A DNA stretch of 64,000 nucleotides from a virus. Taxonomy: Duplodnaviria > Caudoviricetes. A model generated the notes under the pieces. The model was not told the DNA's origin, did not search any database, and saw only the letters and a program-made list of their open reading frames with translations. The position numbers were made by a program, and so were the translations under genes. Shown here piece by piece: positions 61,038-64,000 of this stretch. Where the stretch lies: the IMG/VR virus record IMGVR_UViG_3300030330_005471; one strand, written 5' to 3'. The first letter of the stretch is position 1; the number at the start of each line of letters is the position of its first letter.

Positions 61038-63721
61038 TGACCGATCCAAACCAACATAAAATAGGTTTTGAAAACTTACCGAATGTGTATTTTAAGAATG
61101 TTAAAACACGTATTCCATCAACTCCAATATACAACAACCAGATTGTTATTACTGGTTTTTTAACAATATTTGAAGGAGTTGACGCAAAATACTGGGATGA
61201 TGATGAGTATCTAGGAAGTGGCCACTTGAGAATCAGAATTCGAGCATTTAGAAAAGAAGATAGAGCAACAGTGATACCCTCAATCGGCGGTCTTTTGGAA
61301 AAAGTAGGAGAAGATATCTTCATCGAAGGTCCTTTTGTTGGAAATAAACCGATCCCATTTAGAGTGGACATTCCAAAAGACAAGACTTATGGGCTTTATA
61401 TTTCTGCGAATTTAGAGATAGATTTGGAATCAATAGCCGCTACTGTTGGCGCATCATTCGATTGGACACAAAATAATTGGTATCGTGGCCCAACAACTGA
61501 GGAAATGATATTCAACCGAGGAGATAAAGTCTTGTCGATGTATCGGTATGTTCAAGGGGATAATTTTCATTTCGGACCCGTTCACACACACATGGCAGCT
61601 GGAATGTTTCCTGTGACGATGAAGGGCTCCTTTCATGAAGATCCTACACCCGGAGCAACACGAGGCTCACATGAAGTGTTAAAAAGAGAACCAAGAATTT
61701 ATAGTAACCAAAAAAATTATTATATAGAAGACAATTTTGATGCCATAGAGGAGCCTCAAAATATTGTAGCTCCTGCTTGGGTCAACGCAGCATTTTTAAC
61801 GAACTTTGATTCAGACGAAGAATCTGTGTATTTTCATCTGTTCATATCAGACTCAAACTTAGCCATAAAAACAGGAGTTGGAAGAAAATTATATGAGATA
61901 AACCCTGAATACTTTTTGGAAATAAATGATAAGACGGAAATAAAAGAAATAAAAATAAACAGAACAGAGCTCAAAGTTTTCCCAAATGGGGCTCAAGCAA
62001 ATGCTGGCACTTCGACCCAATCAGGTATTGCTGATGTTATAACGGAGCAAATTTTGTTTTCTGAGTGGCCCGGTGATCTTGTTCAAAAAAACTACGAATA
62101 CCAAGCAGGAGTTATATATGAAGACCCAACATCAGCACCCGTCAAATCTCAAATAAGAAAATGGCCATTCTCGATAAACAACGATGTATCTTTATACTCC
62201 ATATTAGATTATGACATTTCAGAGTTTATACAAGAATTTTTTCAATATGGTGTTGAAGTGGGCTATATTTCGTTAATAGATGAAATGTTAAAAGACAAAA
62301 TTTTTGAAATGCAAGATTGTCTATCAGAAATTCAAAGCAGTTTTCAAATGTTTTACAATAACTCACAGTTTTATGATCATGAATATCACACAATGACACC
62401 AGAAGGTTTTAAAGAAATAAACAAGGAATATGGCTTTGGAGTTATTGAAAGCGATCAGGGATTAATATATAATGAAGGGGATGATGATGTTGAAAGGCAA
62501 AGAAAAGCTTATTGGACTCGAGCACCGCAACTATATGCAGATCTTATTAGATTTATAGAACGCTCTAATGACACAAGACAAGATTACCTTACTCTATTTA
62601 ATCTGTTGAATCCAATAGCAGCATCACCTGAGACAATGGGAACTGCTATATTAAGAATACTCAATATAATACAAATTATCAGAGAGGAATATGACTTGAC
62701 CTCTTATGGAAACACCTTCTCTAATAACAGTTTACCATCGTCCAATAGTAATATATATAGGTACACGTATTCATCTTATGAAATAACCGAACATCCTATT
62801 TATAAGGATATTCTATACTATGATTATTTGCCTCCACCAGCTGGTGGGCCAGACAATCCTTTTGTTCCGGAAATGAGCAGGGAAATTTACACTGGCGCCT
62901 TGCTTGAAAGAGTCGATACCCACCTAGGTGAGTTCATGAACGACTTGAACATTATCGATCCATCACAGTATCCAAACTATTCTAACCAACAAATTTCACA
63001 ACTTCTCTCGCCAAATGGTAGTTTCTCATTCTTAACTCCAACTCAAGCAACAATTCAAGGAAAAAAAGTAAACTTGACCAGCATAGATGAAGAAGCCATT
63101 GATCAGATTCAAGCAGTTAAAGCATTTAGTCAAGGAAGTATTGGTCTAAACGTATCAACTCCGAAACCAAACATTCAAATTAGAAAGACCACCACGCTTG
63201 ATTCAAATGATGTTAGAGAGTATGTAGGAGATACGAGCTTGTTTGCAACAGGTATTGATAATCTTTTAGTATTTATTCAAAAAGAAGAACCAGAAATCTC
63301 TAAAACGGTTTTGAATTTATTTTCAAACAAAGGGGTGAATCCAAATTTAACTTCGATAAGAGCTGCAAATATATCTCCAATAATGTTACCAGCACCTATC
63401 AAGGCAATACTCTTAAAAGATTTTGGCAATATAGATCCTTTTGAGAACTTACAAACCAGAGATGCTTTTTTTAACAAGTACTTTAATGTTATACAAATTT
63501 CCTATCTATCATCTTTTCCAAAAGTTTACGGTCTAAACAATATTAGTGATCCAAAGTACAAACCGATAACTAGAGAGAAACTAGAAGCAACCAAAGGTTA
63601 TTTAATTTGCAAAGCGGAGCCAATAAATATACTATCGTCTTTAAACTCTTCATATGAAGAAATACAGAAAAAAAATATAAAAAATAGAGTATTTATTGTA
63701 AAGGATGGTGATGCACCATGA
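61037..63721 (+). CDS. large (894 aa) hypothetical, probably structural
   Basis: TAATG coupling; long ORF. Confidence 0.6.
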   Translation: MTDPNQHKIGFENLPNVYFKNVKTRIPSTPIYNNQIVITGFLTIFEGVDAKYWDDDEYLGSGHLRIRIRAFRKEDRATVIPSIGGLLEKVGEDIFIEGPFVGNKPIPFRVDIPKDKTYGLYISANLEIDLESIAATVGASFDWTQNNWYRGPTTEEMIFNRGDKVLSMYRYVQGDNFHFGPVHTHMAAGMFPVTMKGSFHEDPTPGATRGSHEVLKREPRIYSNQKNYYIEDNFDAIEEPQNIVAPAWVNAAFLTNFDSDEESVYFHLFISDSNLAIKTGVGRKLYEINPEYFLEINDKTEIKEIKINRTELKVFPNGAQANAGTSTQSGIADVITEQILFSEWPGDLVQKNYEYQAGVIYEDPTSAPVKSQIRKWPFSINNDVSLYSILDYDISEFIQEFFQYGVEVGYISLIDEMLKDKIFEMQDCLSEIQSSFQMFYNNSQFYDHEYHTMTPEGFKEINKEYGFGVIESDQGLIYNEGDDDVERQRKAYWTRAPQLYADLIRFIERSNDTRQDYLTLFNLLNPIAASPETMGTAILRILNIIQIIREEYDLTSYGNTFSNNSLPSSNSNIYRYTYSSYEITEHPIYKDILYYDYLPPPAGGPDNPFVPEMSREIYTGALLERVDTHLGEFMNDLNIIDPSQYPNYSNQQISQLLSPNGSFSFLTPTQATIQGKKVNLTSIDEEAIDQIQAVKAFSQGSIGLNVSTPKPNIQIRKTTTLDSNDVREYVGDTSLFATGIDNLLVFIQKEEPEISKTVLNLFSNKGVNPNLTSIRAANISPIMLPAPIKAILLKDFGNIDPFENLQTRDAFFNKYFNVIQISYLSSFPKVYGLNNISDPKYKPITREKLEATKGYLICKAEPINILSSLNSSYEEIQKKNIKNRVFIVKDGDAP

Positions 63722-63966
63722 GCAATAAAATTCAAGATGAGATGAACGAGTTATACAAAAGTATGCTTAATCTATACCCATTAAGCTATGAAGAATTTAA
63801 AACCAAAGAAGCAGAGCAAGATCCAAACTTTCAAGGTGTTGCTATCATATTACGAGAAGGTTTATATGCATTTGAAAAACTAGACTTTGAAGAAACACAA
63901 GAGACAATAAATGATAATCAAGAAACTACAGAATCTGAGAACGAGACTCCGACAAGTACCTACTGA
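63718..63966 (+). CDS. hypothetical acidic protein
   Basis: ATGA overlap with the upstream ORF. Confidence 0.5.
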   Translation: MSNKIQDEMNELYKSMLNLYPLSYEEFKTKEAEQDPNFQGVAIILREGLYAFEKLDFEETQETINDNQETTESENETPTSTY

Positions 63967-64000
63967 AAACAGGCTGGACGAACTAATTGGCACTTATTAC

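Noticed and set aside
996-63477. Numerous minus-strand and alternate-frame ORFs of 60-140 aa in the ORF track
   Set aside because: They lie within or largely overlap longer + strand genes, show no recognisable motifs, and have shadow-ORF composition
1-64000. Stop-codon reassignment (alternative genetic code)
   Set aside because: Very long ORFs are intact under the standard code, and TAA, TAG and TGA all terminate coupled genes

Overview
A 64-kb, AT-rich, densely coding segment of a large (jumbo-type) myovirus-like bacteriophage genome. Every credible gene is on the + strand and the standard genetic code fits. (i) 1-480: end of a C-rich block of short ORFs, followed by a palindrome-dense non-coding junction. 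(ii) ~0.7-12 kb: putative late/head-associated genes, many sharing an MK(L/I)T-x3-L-x2-(L/I)I...E leader. This block also holds a kinase fused to basic Cys-rich modules, two short-signal lipoproteins (TlpA-like, vWA), a holin-like gene, a HAD-Nudix fusion, a zincin and a Fis-like HTH. (iii) ~12-19.5 kb: sigma70-driven accessory genes (eukaryotic-type phosphomannomutase, HNH, cytidylyltransferase, PIN-PhoH, zincin, Cas4-like PD-(D/E)XK nuclease). (iv) 19.5-31.2 kb: a glycosylation locus with GT4s, NeuA, two NeuB-like synthases, tailoring enzymes and a GT29 sialyltransferase carrying all four sialylmotifs. (v) A T4 gp55-like sigma factor. (vi) 33-64 kb: a baseplate/virion module (M15-type peptidase, spike-like protein, gp25-like, gp6-like, a 3699-aa multi-LamG protein and other very large proteins). 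Strongest hypotheses: a phage-encoded nonulosonic-acid/sialylation system acting on [ST]-[GAS]-S-rich virion proteins; a nested 'matryoshka' stalk architecture in the giant LamG protein; a capsid-targeting leader plus protease-cleaved polyprotein cargo system; a (C)TANTTA late promoter that yields some leaderless mRNAs; and a face-to-face sigma70 promoter pair. All protein family calls come from motif recognition by eye, not from database searches.
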